Under the pieces are notes generated by a model that was given only the letters and a program-made list of their open reading frames with translations, had not been told where the DNA came from and did no database searches. A program made the position numbers and the translations under genes. Positions 13,421 to 24,364 of a stretch of DNA of 64,000 nucleotides are shown piece by piece (position 1 is the first letter of the stretch; every line of letters begins with the position of its first letter). The DNA is from Amphiscolops sp. MND2022. Taxonomy: Eukaryota. The stretch covers positions 33,172,001-33,236,000 of the forward strand of contig OZ076409.1 in the NCBI GenBank assembly GCA_964187785.1, given 5' to 3'.

Positions 13421-16119
13421 CTACAGGCCGATGTATATGGTAGAATTTTGTCCCAATGTCATTTTTACATCTTTGAGTTTCAATGTTTCTTCGCTTAGAA
13501 CCGACAAATGGGGATAGGCAAGTTTGAGCTCCTGATAGTTGTAGATGTTTGTTCCGGCGTCTATGTTTGGATGAGTGTAAACTGTCATGTGGTGTGTATC
13601 GCTCATTGCCTTGCCACGAATTCCCACAGTGAATCGTTCACTTTTCACATCATTTGTCCCATGTATTCCAGCCACACTCAGGTCAATTTCTTGCCCGTGA
13701 GCATTTAACTTGTCAGCTTATTTCTTGTCTATGAACGATAGGCTCGCTCCAGAGTCACACAACGCCAAGGTTGATTCTTGCTTCTTTCCAATTTGGATGA
13801 TGACCGGTATAACTGGCAGAATCCCACTGCTCTTCAGTGAGCAAAATGCCCAGTTCGCCTCCGCCTTCTGTTGTGGGTCTTCTACTCCACTTTCTTTCGG
13901 CCGTTCGTTTGCCTCGCGGTGTAGCAATCGATGATGCCGCCTGCTACAGCCTTTGACTCCACAAGCTTTGTAAGTGCAATTTTTCACTACATGTTTCCCA
14001 GCCAAACAACAAAAGCAGAGTTTCAACTCTTTGGCTTTCTCATATCGTGCTTGACAAGTCATCTTCATAAACTTCTCGCATTTCCACAAAGGATGTTTAC
14101 CATCTTTCAATGGACAATCTTGACCGTTCTTCTTGTCGGCACTGTCGTCGGCAAAGGTTGAGAACGTAGAGATCTTTGGCTTGTCTTTACTTGTCCATTT
14201 CGATCTGTCCGCGTTGGGGTTGCCTGTCATGAAAACATCTTCCTGCACCGCTGCTATCTCTTGCAACCATGCGCTGAACGCTTCCAGCCCCATGTAGTAT
14301 TCAACATTTTGTCTCGCGTGCACCAACCATTTCGTCTTCATGTTCATTGGCAATTTTCTGGTCGCACTACTCAGGACGCCTTCTGACTGCAAGTCGCCAA
14401 CATAGTTCATCTGCGTCAGAACTTGTACACAACTTGAAACTATTCTCGAGTATTTGACCAATGCTACGGAGTCGTACGCTTTCACTGGCGGAAAGGTGTA
14501 TTCTCGTCTCAATTGTGCGTTAACTACCACTTGTGGTCTTCCAAAGTGCGCGACCAAGGTATTCCAAGCAATATCATACATGTCTCCAGTGTAGCCTAGT
14601 CCAGCTATCACTTCTTTCGCTTTCCCAGTGACCAGCGTTTCGAGATGATTCATCTTCAAGCTGGTATCGATGTTTGCAGCGTGCACGATCGAGAGGACCA
14701 CTCAGGCCATTCCAATGGGTCGCCTGAGAATTCTGGCAGCTTCAGCTTCGGCAAACTGGCTGGTAGGCTCACCGCATCATTTCTTGTTGTCGCGAACTGA
14801 CTCTGTATGGGAGCAGAGTATTTAGCTGAGGGCGCCACTGGTGGTGGCAATGTGCCACTTCTCGTTTGGTTACTCAACATTGGTTGGTTTCAGAGGTTCG
14901 AAGTTCCCAAACTGCACATGCTGTTGAAATGTCTTATTCTTTTGCATCTTCGCTGATGCAGCGTTCGGCGCGAATTGACTGGCCGACGTGCCATCCTTTA
15001 CCATGGTCGGCTGCGCTGTTTTCGCAGCCAGGTGGGGCATTTGTGTTGTATGTGGCAAAGGTTCAGGTTGTGGTTTGATAGGTTCGCTGGCCAGTGCGAT
15101 TCTGGATACCTCTTCTCCAAACTTCGTTGTTTTTCCGTCACATCCATTTTCATCAAGCCAAGAATGTACCTTTTCGAACGGATCGCTCTGGATGGGTATT
15201 GGCGAGATGCTTCGCAAACTTGTGCTTGCTCTGCTTTCCTCCGCCCGAGCGATTTCCATTTCCTTCTTTGCGATTCGTTTAGCCCTTGCCTTCTCCTCTT
15301 GGAGTTTAGCAATTTCGAGTTCTTCTGTGAGTTTATCCATTTCCTCGTGTTTCTTTCGGATTTCTGCTTGACGTTTCTTTGCAGCTAGTTGTTCGTCGAT
15401 TTCGTCTTGTTTCTTCATTGCTTCCAGTTCTAGGAGCATCACTCGTTTTGTAGTGGTTGACTTTGAACTAACTGATGTTCTGTTGCCCTTTGAATGTGCC
15501 TTGCTTGCACACTGATATCTTCCTTCAGGTAGCGAATTCACCTCATTAACACAACGATTCTCAAACGAATAGGGTCTATCGGTACCTTGTGCCACTTCTT
15601 CATTCGCATTCTTCTGAGGAGAAGTGTCACGAGACATTAGTTGTTGCTCTTGCCAATTTACGCTGACACGGGCCATGATTCCCTCCATACGATGCAACTC
15701 ACTGTAGATTGAGGTATCTCCACTGTGTTTCAACAACTCATCCATCTCGGCCACAATTTCATCTCTTTTTTTGAGGGTTTCTTCGTTTGTTTCTACCAAT
15801 GCTTTGTAATCCTCTGAGTTGCAAACAGTTTCCCGATTTTTATTGATTTCATCTTCGTTTTTTGAAGCATTTCATCACATTTCTCTTTGGAGTTTTGAAG
15901 TTGTAGGAACTCTTTCAACTGTCCTTCAACTGTGTTCGCCGTGACGAGTCTTTTCCATCTGAGCAGTAGGTCTTGTTGGTTGGGTAGAAGGTCTGCGAGT
16001 TTCTCCTTCGTCGTGTCTGCTTTGCGTAGCTCAGCATGTATTTCATCCATTTTTGTCTCGAAGTTTTGTATTGCTCTCATGTTGCTCTCACATTGTGGCT
16101 TGTCGATAGAACTCTTCAA
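13421..16119 (-). pseudogene. gag: BEL/Pao gag and aspartic protease, several frameshifts
   Basis: Coiled-coil N-terminus, LPKLKLPEFSGDPLEW, three Cys/His knuckles (CPLKDGKHPLWKC, CFCCLAGKHVVKNC, CGVKGCSRRHHRLLH), protease LCDSGA. Confidence 0.9.
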
Positions 16120-16169
16120 ATAGTTGTCAATTCTTTTGTAATCAATTCTCTTAGGTTCAGCTATTTTGA

Positions 16170-16380
16170 ACTAGCCCAAACCCGCAGAGTACACTAACTA
16201 ACCAAAGGAGCCCAAATCTGCTGTGAATACAATTCCCAACAAGCCGATGAAGTAGCCCAAAACCCCAGAGTACACCTTATACCCAAGAGCTCCAGTAATA
16301 CCACTTCGAATACCATCTCCCAGAGCCTGCAGAAGTAGCCCAAGCCCCAGAGTACACAATACTAAGAGGAGAGCCCAGAT
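16170..16380. repeat. Three imperfect tandem units of about 82 bp in the BEL 5' leader
   Basis: TAGCCCAA..C.CAGAGTACAC recurs near 16172, 16253 and 16336. Confidence 0.75.
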
Positions 16381-16570
16381 GAGTTCACTTTTCAGCGCAC
16401 ACAGCTTTGTAGGGTTCGACCACGGTGGTTCAACAGCTGTCGTTCACTGTACACGTTCACTTGTTCGCCCAGTGCTTCTCTGGCTGTGTAGCAATCAGAA
16501 GATCATCCAGTTGTCCGCTCAATTGATTATGTGCGCCCCAAAACTGATGATGTCCGCCCAATCGATGATG

Positions 16571-16587
16571 TCCGGGTCGGCGGTCCA
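16571..16587 (-). promoter_or_regulatory. BEL primer-binding site, tRNA-Tyr-like
   Basis: Minus-strand TGGACCGCCGACCCGGA, 2 nt inside the 5' LTR, resembles the tRNA-Tyr complement TGGTCCTTCGAGCCGGA (4 mismatches). Confidence 0.65.
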
Positions 16588-16589
16588 AA

Positions 16590-17432
16590 TGTAACGGCTG
16601 CTTGATCCCTTCACCAGACCAAACTTTACGCCGCCCTGAATTCGGTGCTCGGCACTGCGGATCGTTACCGAACACTGCTTGCTTCTTAGATTAAAAGGAC
16701 TGTATCTTGACTAAGTGGGATCCGATGATCCTGAATTGCACTTCTTCCTTGTCTCTTAACACGTCCAACTCTCCACAAGTTGAGAGTAACTAACTTAGTC
16801 GCCCTAAGTCTTTGGCGAAAAGTCGAAAAGAGGTGAAGAAATGAATTGAGAATTGAAATGGTCCTAAGATCCAACTTGAATACAGCTTTCCAATCAATTT
16901 GTGCTTCTCTAGTTATGGTATACATATCGTTTACAATTCTACAGTAAATATAAGTCAAAACATGAAGTATAAATAAATGACATTTAAGTGAATTTTTAAA
17001 GTTATTGGTTATGTAAACAAACCATAGTGTGGGTATAACATGTTGGTTAGGTGGGCTCTAAAGCATGTTTACACAATGTAAATATCATTGATTTCAACAG
17101 AGTTACATTCTAATGTGGGTAAAAAACAAAGTTTACATTTTTGGTTCAATGACCTTGAACACCACACATGTGAGGGGTAAAGGGGGTTATAATGGATGAA
17201 TGACCTTGAAACTTCGCCGGTGCGTTTGTGTTAGGTACTTGCGTATGTGTGCCAAGTTGCATGTCTCTAGGGTTAGTAGTTGTCGAGAAAATCCATTTGG
17301 GGGGGTTTCCATTTTTGTCACACTTGATGTTTCTTCAATATCTCTTCTAAGTTTCTAAGAGTTTAAGTTCTTGTTTCTCAACCAATATGTTCCAAATCAA
17401 CTTTCTTTGCCTGCGGATGACTGGCGCCAACA
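16590..17432 (-). repeat. BEL/Pao 5' LTR
   Basis: Direct repeat of 9122-9970, followed by the TSD AGTTT. Confidence 0.95.
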
Positions 17433-18423
17433 AGTTTGTCTCGATTCTTTTTTGGAAATGCTCAAACTGCTGGATTTTTAAATTGCGGAAAACTTTCCAA
17501 AAAGTCCAAAGTTTTCGAAAAATGGGAAAAGTTGAAAATTTTGACTCTCTTATTATTTTCGAGGATTATTTTCGAGTGCAAGAAACAATGAATGAACACT
17601 TTCAAATTTCGAAAAAAGCGGATTAAAAGCAAAAAATTGCACCTTTTATCAATACGTGCGCCGAAGAGCTCGTTTTTTTTTGCCCTTGTAATTTTGGAAC
17701 GTTACAACCCACCGCAACTGTTCGAACATTTTACGAGAAATTACATTTCAAAAATATCGTCAAATTCATCTTCAAAAGCGTAAAGTCAATACTATCGTAG
17801 TTAAGCATTTGGAACATTCTTTTCCGCAGAATCTTTCGAAAAATTCAAGAAACTACATATTGCGCTTCAAATAAGTCCAAATGCGTTTAAAATGCGTAAA
17901 ACCTTTAAAAGTAAAATTTTTTAAATTTTTCGGGTCAAACTGAGGTGCTGCTTTCTGTTCTGAAAAGTGAAATGCTTAACTAGTTCTTTTGCGTTGAACT
18001 TTTTGAAATGTCTAGCGAAATGTCTAGCGCAATGAAAAACGTCATATTTCGAAAACTTTCGGATCTTTTGAATATTCTCGGGGTCATTTCGGGGTAATTT
18101 TGGTCATATCCAAAAAAATCCAAAAATTTCTCCGAATGTTTCGCATGTAAATGCTTTTGTGGAAGTTGAATTCTGTGGAGGAAACTCTATAATTTGGATA
18201 TAAATTTGGAACTTCGCCAATTTAGGAAAAAAACGCGACCAAGTTGAATATTTTCCCTTCCCATATGGAATAAGGACGGAAAATAACAAGTGAAGGTCAT
18301 GATGCAGGGACAATTCTATTATTATCTTTTATATATCGATAGTTCAAAAATGATTGTAGTTTGATCATCAACCTTCAATATTTATTGCATCATTTTTTTT
18401 TCTATTTTGGAACTCGTTATCAG

Positions 18424-18730
18424 TGCCAACTCCGGATGTTGTGATCAATATGTTCTCCGCCTTCCACTTCGGAGTGTGGGTGCTTCTGCTCATTTCGGTC
18501 ATCCTGGTCACCATGGGATTCTGGGCGGTGGCCTTCTTCATCAATGACGAACAGTTCTCCCAAGTGGGCACCACCATCGATTACGTCATGAGCACCCTCC
18601 TGTTCTTATCACCCAAAGTGAGACCGACCTCCCCCCTCATCCGCGCTTATTCCTACCTTTGGCTCGTTCTCAGACTCATCATCTTCATCATATTCCTCGT
18701 CTATTTCATCAAACTTGCCTCAGTGCAAAG
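18424..18730 (+). CDS. Probable host exon: M1-pore-M3 region of a divergent ionotropic glutamate receptor-like channel
   Basis: Pyrimidine tract and CAG acceptor at 18421-18423; GC-richer, C-ending codons; FSAFHFGVWVLLLIS (M1), IDYVMSTLL (pore helix), PTSPLIRAYSYLW..LII (M3); candidate donor AG|GTTACT at 18731. Confidence 0.7.
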
Positions 18731-20368
18731 GTTACTTGACTCGAATTAAAATTTTACAAACGATTACTTTATGCTAATAGCCCTTTATAGAAATCAATGG
18801 ACCTTATACAGAACCATACATCGTATGAAATAATGTAACCATAGACATCTGTGCGCAGTCTTTGATCACCATGTTAATCATACATACGTCACTTGGTGGA
18901 ACATTGCCTGAAATGGTTTCTTAGTCAATTTCAGGCATTTTGCACTATGTGTAAAATGAGGTTCCACTTATTATGTCCCACCTTATGCCCGTCCCACCAA
19001 GGCCTAGTAAAAAGTGGGGTCTATGTCCCACCAACTCTAGTTTCGTACACGCACCTCGTTGTGTGTGTTTATCCCATGGTATACTGTTTGTTGGATTTAT
19101 TCACGTACCTTTGTCGTTAAAAGGTTCCAAAGCTAGTTTGTTTTGTTTTCCGATGGTTTGAACGAAGTGAACAATTTGTAAAACTTAAATAAATATTCGA
19201 AAATAACCGATGAATATTTGTAACCTCTTACATTCCGGGCTTTTCTGCCTTTTGTTATAGAGTTATAAGAGAAAGAATATGTCTTTGTTCGTAAAGCTGA
19301 GAACGTATCTATTACTAATACTGGACTTGTTTTGATTTTCAATTTTTCGATTACATTTTCATTTGAACTATCAAATAATTCATGATTTTCATTCGATTGT
19401 TTAGAATCAAACTCGTTTTTGTTTTGTTGTAAGAAATCTATCAAACTTTGTTCTTGTGTATCAGAACAAAGAACAAAACTATCAACATCCATATAATTCA
19501 ATTGCATGGATTGCTTCCAACATGGCTTTAATATATAATAATAAAATTCATACCTTAAAAAGTTTACTCAATTCTAAAACTGTAAAGCCTAAATAAAATG
19601 GTTTGTCGAATACTATTTTTTCGTCATCAAACTTGTGCACACTAAACGTAGAGTAGTGATCAACAAAATCTTTGAATTTTAACTTGGATTGTATTTCCAA
19701 TATTTGGTCTATTTGAGAATGGTCAATTAAATCTAGATTTACTCTATCGCTAACGTTTTCCATTGCCGTCTTACCAACGAAAGCGTTGTTCATTAACTTT
19801 TGTGAAACCTTTTCAAACTTTGTTTTTGCTTTGGTTTGTTTGCTTGTGTTAAGACCTATATATGTTGCTAACAATGGTGACTGTTTATATCTGTACATTT
19901 TTCCTTTTTTCATCCCTTGTTCAAGATAAAACTTGAACATTCTATAATACAACATATGTTTTTGTTTGTTTGTTAGGTCACACATTAACTTTGTGCTGGG
20001 CCTGTAATTTTGCTGTTGAACAAAATTCGTAAAATCGGACAAAAGTTCACTATCAGTTGTAGTTTGATAAGGACATAAACGAAAGTCTTGAGTGCTTTCT
20101 TTGATTTCAGCTGAATTTTTCAAGTCACCTTCTCTAACGAATCCAAATTCGTTTTTGTCTGGAAATTGTAAAAAATCTGCTTCTATTTGTTCAGCCGGAT
20201 ACTCATCTGGATATTCAACAGATGATTTTTCGAATTCGTCATTAGGCAGATATTGACTTATGGCTCATTCGTAAAGATTAGTTGCATCGTTGTAAATTTT
20301 TTTGTTGGTATCCGATAAAACATACCTATCACCATTGCACCAGGCTCCCCACCACGGACGTTAAACTC

Positions 20369-20369
20369 C

Positions 20370-20422
<53 letters not shown>

Positions 20423-20423
20423 C
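20369..20423. repeat. (CAA)n microsatellite expanded from Leu codons of the polymerase relic
   Basis: Minus strand reads KE-(L)n-EFNVRGG. Confidence 0.95.
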
Positions 20424-21314
20424 TCTTTGGAGTGCATGAAATCTAATTTGAATTTGGTATACTTTAAGACAGCTTTCCAAGTACTACATGGTGTTGAGCA
20501 GCTATACAAAGGACTTGTACCCTACTCGAGTGTAGGTGTATCGACAAAGTTTTCCAGTATATCACCCAACATAACAACATCCATTCTTAGGTTAAACAAC
20601 GTTACTTGTGCTCCATATTCTGTATCCTATTTTTTAAAAAAAGTTTTTGAGCGCGATCAATCTCTTCATCCGGTGATGTGTCTTGTTTCAGTGTGAACCA
20701 AATGTGGTCTTTGGTTAAATTCAGTTGCTGGCTTACACTATTGAGGTTATAGAATTCGTAAGGAAAAGCTAGTTTTTGTTTCAGAAATTAATCTGTTAAG
20801 TTAAGTGAACCCATAATGGGGAACATGTTTACACTTTTAACTAGGTTGTCTAAACTAGAAGAAAGTAATCGATATGAATCGAGGAATCCTAATTAAACTA
20901 CTTGAACTAATCCATCAGCTTTAGTTAATTTTGGTAATGGCTGTGGAGTATAGGTTTGATCATAATATTCAGCTAGGAGTTGTTCATGAAGTAAATAACA
21001 ATCACACCTGGCAAAATTGTGACAAATATAGGAACAAAACTTGTTTGTTTACAATGTGAATTACACTCATTGATAGCTGCTCCTCGGTATTTTCCTGATA
21101 GATGATCATGATGTCGAACGCAATCTTCATCATAAGAAAAAACCAAAACAACCAAAACACTTTATCTCCTTGGAAGTGTATTTCCTTTTTATTGGCAGTG
21201 GTACATTTTCATTGAAATACTTGCTTCAAACCATTTTACACAATCTGTTCCAAAATATGATTATTAACTACTTCCGAATCGTGATACTATCTAATAACCA
21301 ACAGCAATTGGAAT

Positions 21315-21648
21315 CATTACGATACATCTGCCGCAAAAGTGGATTTTATCATCCATCGTAAAATGTGTTTTCCGTAAAACGAGAGCGAGCCGTATTCTTT
21401 TCAAATAGTGCACCGTGGTCATCGCGGATTGTGATACACAGTGTAACAATAAATTTTGCATTGTGATCATTGAGCGTGATTGCTTAAAGTAGTCATTTAC
21501 TGTATTTTGATCACTACGCGTAACGCCAAATCAGACAGTGTATTGAGCAGAACACGTAACGCGTATCTGAAATAATACCGCGTGTTTATTGGCTGTTAAT
21601 CGAACTAGCAAGATCTTGCTAGTTGGTTGCGGCATGTATATCGTAATG
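21315..21648. mobile_element. MITE with CATTACGAT TIRs and 2-bp TSD (CACTA/CMC-like), inserted in the polymerase relic
   Basis: CATTACGATACATCTGCCGCAA ... TTGCGGCATGTATATCGTAATG flanked by AT; removing it restores HE*IPIAVGY; internal perfect 22-bp palindrome at 21603-21624. Confidence 0.75.
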
Positions 21649-22321
21649 ATTTATTCATGTAAAACGTTTGGGTTATGGGGTTTAAAATTTCTTTGATTAT
21701 TACGTTCAAACTCTGCACATACTTTTATTAGTTCTGGTATTTTCAAGTATTGATTTTCAAACCTCAGGTGATCCTTATTAGTTGGTTTTTGTTTTGTACA
21801 TTTTTCTATGTGGTTGTCCAGAACTTCAATAGAACCTAATGCTGTTAGGGAACGTCCACATACGTGTTCCATGTGTGAATCTTTTTTTACGAGAGTTTGC
21901 AATTTTATTAGACAATAGGGATTTTCATACAACAACAAATCAATTTGATCTTCGGTATAGTTTGTATCAAAATGGACTGGTGTTAACACAGTCTGGTGAG
22001 TTCAAAAACAATCATAATCAAGTTGTTAGGTTTTTCAAACTTGCGTATATCTTTCACTTTCATGTGGAATTCTAAACCTTCTGCGTTGTCTATGTGTATA
22101 TACAAAGAGTTTTTGGAAAATCTATTTGGATGATCATCGGCTCGAAACAAATATTCCAATATACACCTTTAAAAACAGAAGACATCATTTTTTGATTTTA
22201 TGCATAATCGACTGATTCAGTTTTACTTTCCTGGTAACTCAACCCAAACAGTAGCTTGAATATCATTGACTTTGTATATTCCAAATCTTACAGCTTCCTT
22301 TTTTGAGAAAAAAAACCTGAT

Positions 22322-22521
22322 NNNNNNNNNNNNNNNNNNNNNNNNNNNNNNNNNNNNNNNNNNNNNNNNNNNNNNNNNNNNNNNNNNNNNNNNNNNNNNN
22401 NNNNNNNNNNNNNNNNNNNNNNNNNNNNNNNNNNNNNNNNNNNNNNNNNNNNNNNNNNNNNNNNNNNNNNNNNNNNNNNNNNNNNNNNNNNNNNNNNNNN
22501 NNNNNNNNNNNNNNNNNNNNN
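22322..22521. other. Assembly gap (200 N)
   Basis: Run of N. Confidence 1.
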
Positions 22522-23224
22522 TCATGCAGTGTTGGTTTTAAATAACTAGGACTTGTAATCCCGGGAGACACTTTTTCTTGAGTCACAATCAGTTCGTTGA
22601 TACCCAATCGAATAAAACTCTGTTTGCAAGCCTGAGAACTTGATTTAAGTTCTTACCTCTTGCAATAATCTCTTATGCCTTCTACTAGACGTCAGAAAGC
22701 GAAAGCTCGAAAATCTAGAGAAATGGACACACTGTCCGATATAGATAAATTGGACGTGATGCTAGGAGATGGGGGTAGTAATCCTATCGAAAAAGAGTTA
22801 GCTGATGCTATTAAACAACCTTCAGTGTAAGGAGATACTGAGACTAACGCGCATCTTAGAGACCAATATGCAAGTTTCACTTTTGAAAACAATCCCCCCA
22901 GACAAAGTGATGTTAGACAATCCTTTGAGACTTTTTCAAATTGATTTAATCTCAGATTATCTCAAGAGATGGACTCAATGATGTCTATGATGCATAGCCA
23001 AATAAATAGAGCCATTGACACTGCTATAGCTGAGAGATTTATTCCTGAGATCCAAAACATTTTGAGCTCGATGTCCTCTTCAGGGAACAGGGACACTGAG
23101 GCCACTGTGTCACCAAATAGTCAGAAAAGTAAGGAATGTTCATCCGGGTCAAAATCGAAGTTTACAAAAAAGGACTCACGGTCCGTGTCTGATTAGAGAA
23201 ACACCACAGGCCGTGGTTATTACA
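22522..23224 (+). repeat. Gypsy-1 5' LTR, truncated by the gap
   Basis: Matches 36349-37051 at a constant offset of 13827. Confidence 0.9.
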
Positions 23225-24362
23225 TGTTGACAGGAGCTACCGACACCCAACAGCAAATTCCCGAATTTCTGACTGGACCAATCCACTCAATCCCGAATTT
23301 GGAGAGGCAACAATCCAACCACGTTGTTTCCCTGGACACGACTGTGCCAGCCCCAGAACCAGAGGTACCTGATATTCCACAGGACCCATTGAACAGATTG
23401 GCCGACGTTTTGGTCAATTTGCAGAACAAACGCCAATCGATGACCATCAGACCAGTTCAAACCACACCAATGACATTTGACGGAAAGAGCGAGAAATTCG
23501 AGCTTTTCGAGGATTTGTTTCACACGATGATCAAAACGCAACCAGCTTTGACAGAACAGATGAAAACAAACCATTTTCACTCGCTGCTACGCAAGGGGGC
23601 ATTACAGACATTCAGGAACATAAACTCCATCAACCGCCAAACTTTAGAGGACGTGCTGGTCATATTCCGGAGGATGTACGTCCACCGGAATCCCAAGCCA
23701 CGGCCAAACATAAGAGGCATATGCTTACGTTTTATGATACTACAATGAAATTGCCGGAGTTCTTAGAAGAACTCAACCAAAGGGCAGAAAAAGCCTTCGG
23801 TGAAAATGCGAAAAGCATGATTGGCAGCTTGTTGTACGCAAAACTGCCTCCAAAGGTGAAGCGATCAGTCAACATGGCCCGTTTGGAGAATGGAGCATTT
23901 GAAGAAATAGTTGCGCATCTCGAGAGAGAACTAGAACGTAATGCATTGGAGGAATCAGACGACTTGCCAATGGCCACAATAGCCTCGGCGTCCTCTAAAA
24001 CCAGCAACCTACTGTCCAATGGCATTAACACCAATAAGAACGCACAATGTTCCTATTGCAAAGCAACAGGCCACTTTCACAAAAGCTGCCCTAAACTCAT
24101 GAAGAAGAACGAAATGGAGGAAAAAGATGGTAAGAAACCACAGCGTCCAACGTACCCACCGTGTGACACATGTGGGAAAAAGAATAACCAAACTGAGAGA
24201 TGCTAACAAGGCGCTGGCGCTCACCTGCGACCCAAGATGACACAGGCACAAAACAAGGACACCAATTCCTCAAATTCTGAAGAAAAGCCTATACGAAGCA
24301 AGGATTCAGAAACCGCTAGTTCAAGCCAAACCAACTCCAAAAACTCTGACTCAAAAAACTAA
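22675..24362 (+). pseudogene. gag: Gypsy-1 gag, starting inside the LTR
   Basis: MPSTRRQKAK.. (ATG 22675) is in frame with ORFs 22969 and 23224; FDGKSEKFELFEDLF capsid-like motif; knuckles CSYCKATGHFHKSC and CDTCGKKNNQTERC; in-frame stops and a frameshift. Confidence 0.85.
24353..24362 (+). promoter_or_regulatory. -1 ribosomal frameshift site A AAA AAC followed by the gag TAA
   Basis: Heptamer is phased to gag (frame of ORF 23721); ORF 24365 lies in the -1 frame. Confidence 0.75.
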
Positions 24363-24364
24363 TT

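Larger units (their letters stand above)
9122..17432 (-). mobile_element. Full-length BEL/Pao LTR retrotransposon with disrupted ORFs
   Basis: Two direct repeats of about 845 bp bounded by TG..CA; AGTTT TSD at 9117-9121 and 17433-17437; minus-strand domain order gag-PR-RT-RH-IN with BEL-type motifs. Confidence 0.97.
19060..22321 (-). pseudogene. Decayed protein-primed family-B DNA polymerase of Polinton/Maverick type
   Basis: Ordered fragments: WVELP, FCF.CILEYL, HDHLSGKYRGAA.NECN, KLMNNAFVGKTAMENV, FDKPFYLGFTVLELSK, YMDVDSF, and C-terminal FNDK..NSIPW; many stops and frameshifts; no TIRs or capsid/integrase genes recognised. Confidence 0.85.

Noticed and set aside
22223..22607. ORFs containing X runs, suggesting a polymerase-Gypsy fusion
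   Set aside because: They span the 200-N gap; adjacency is not sequence-supported
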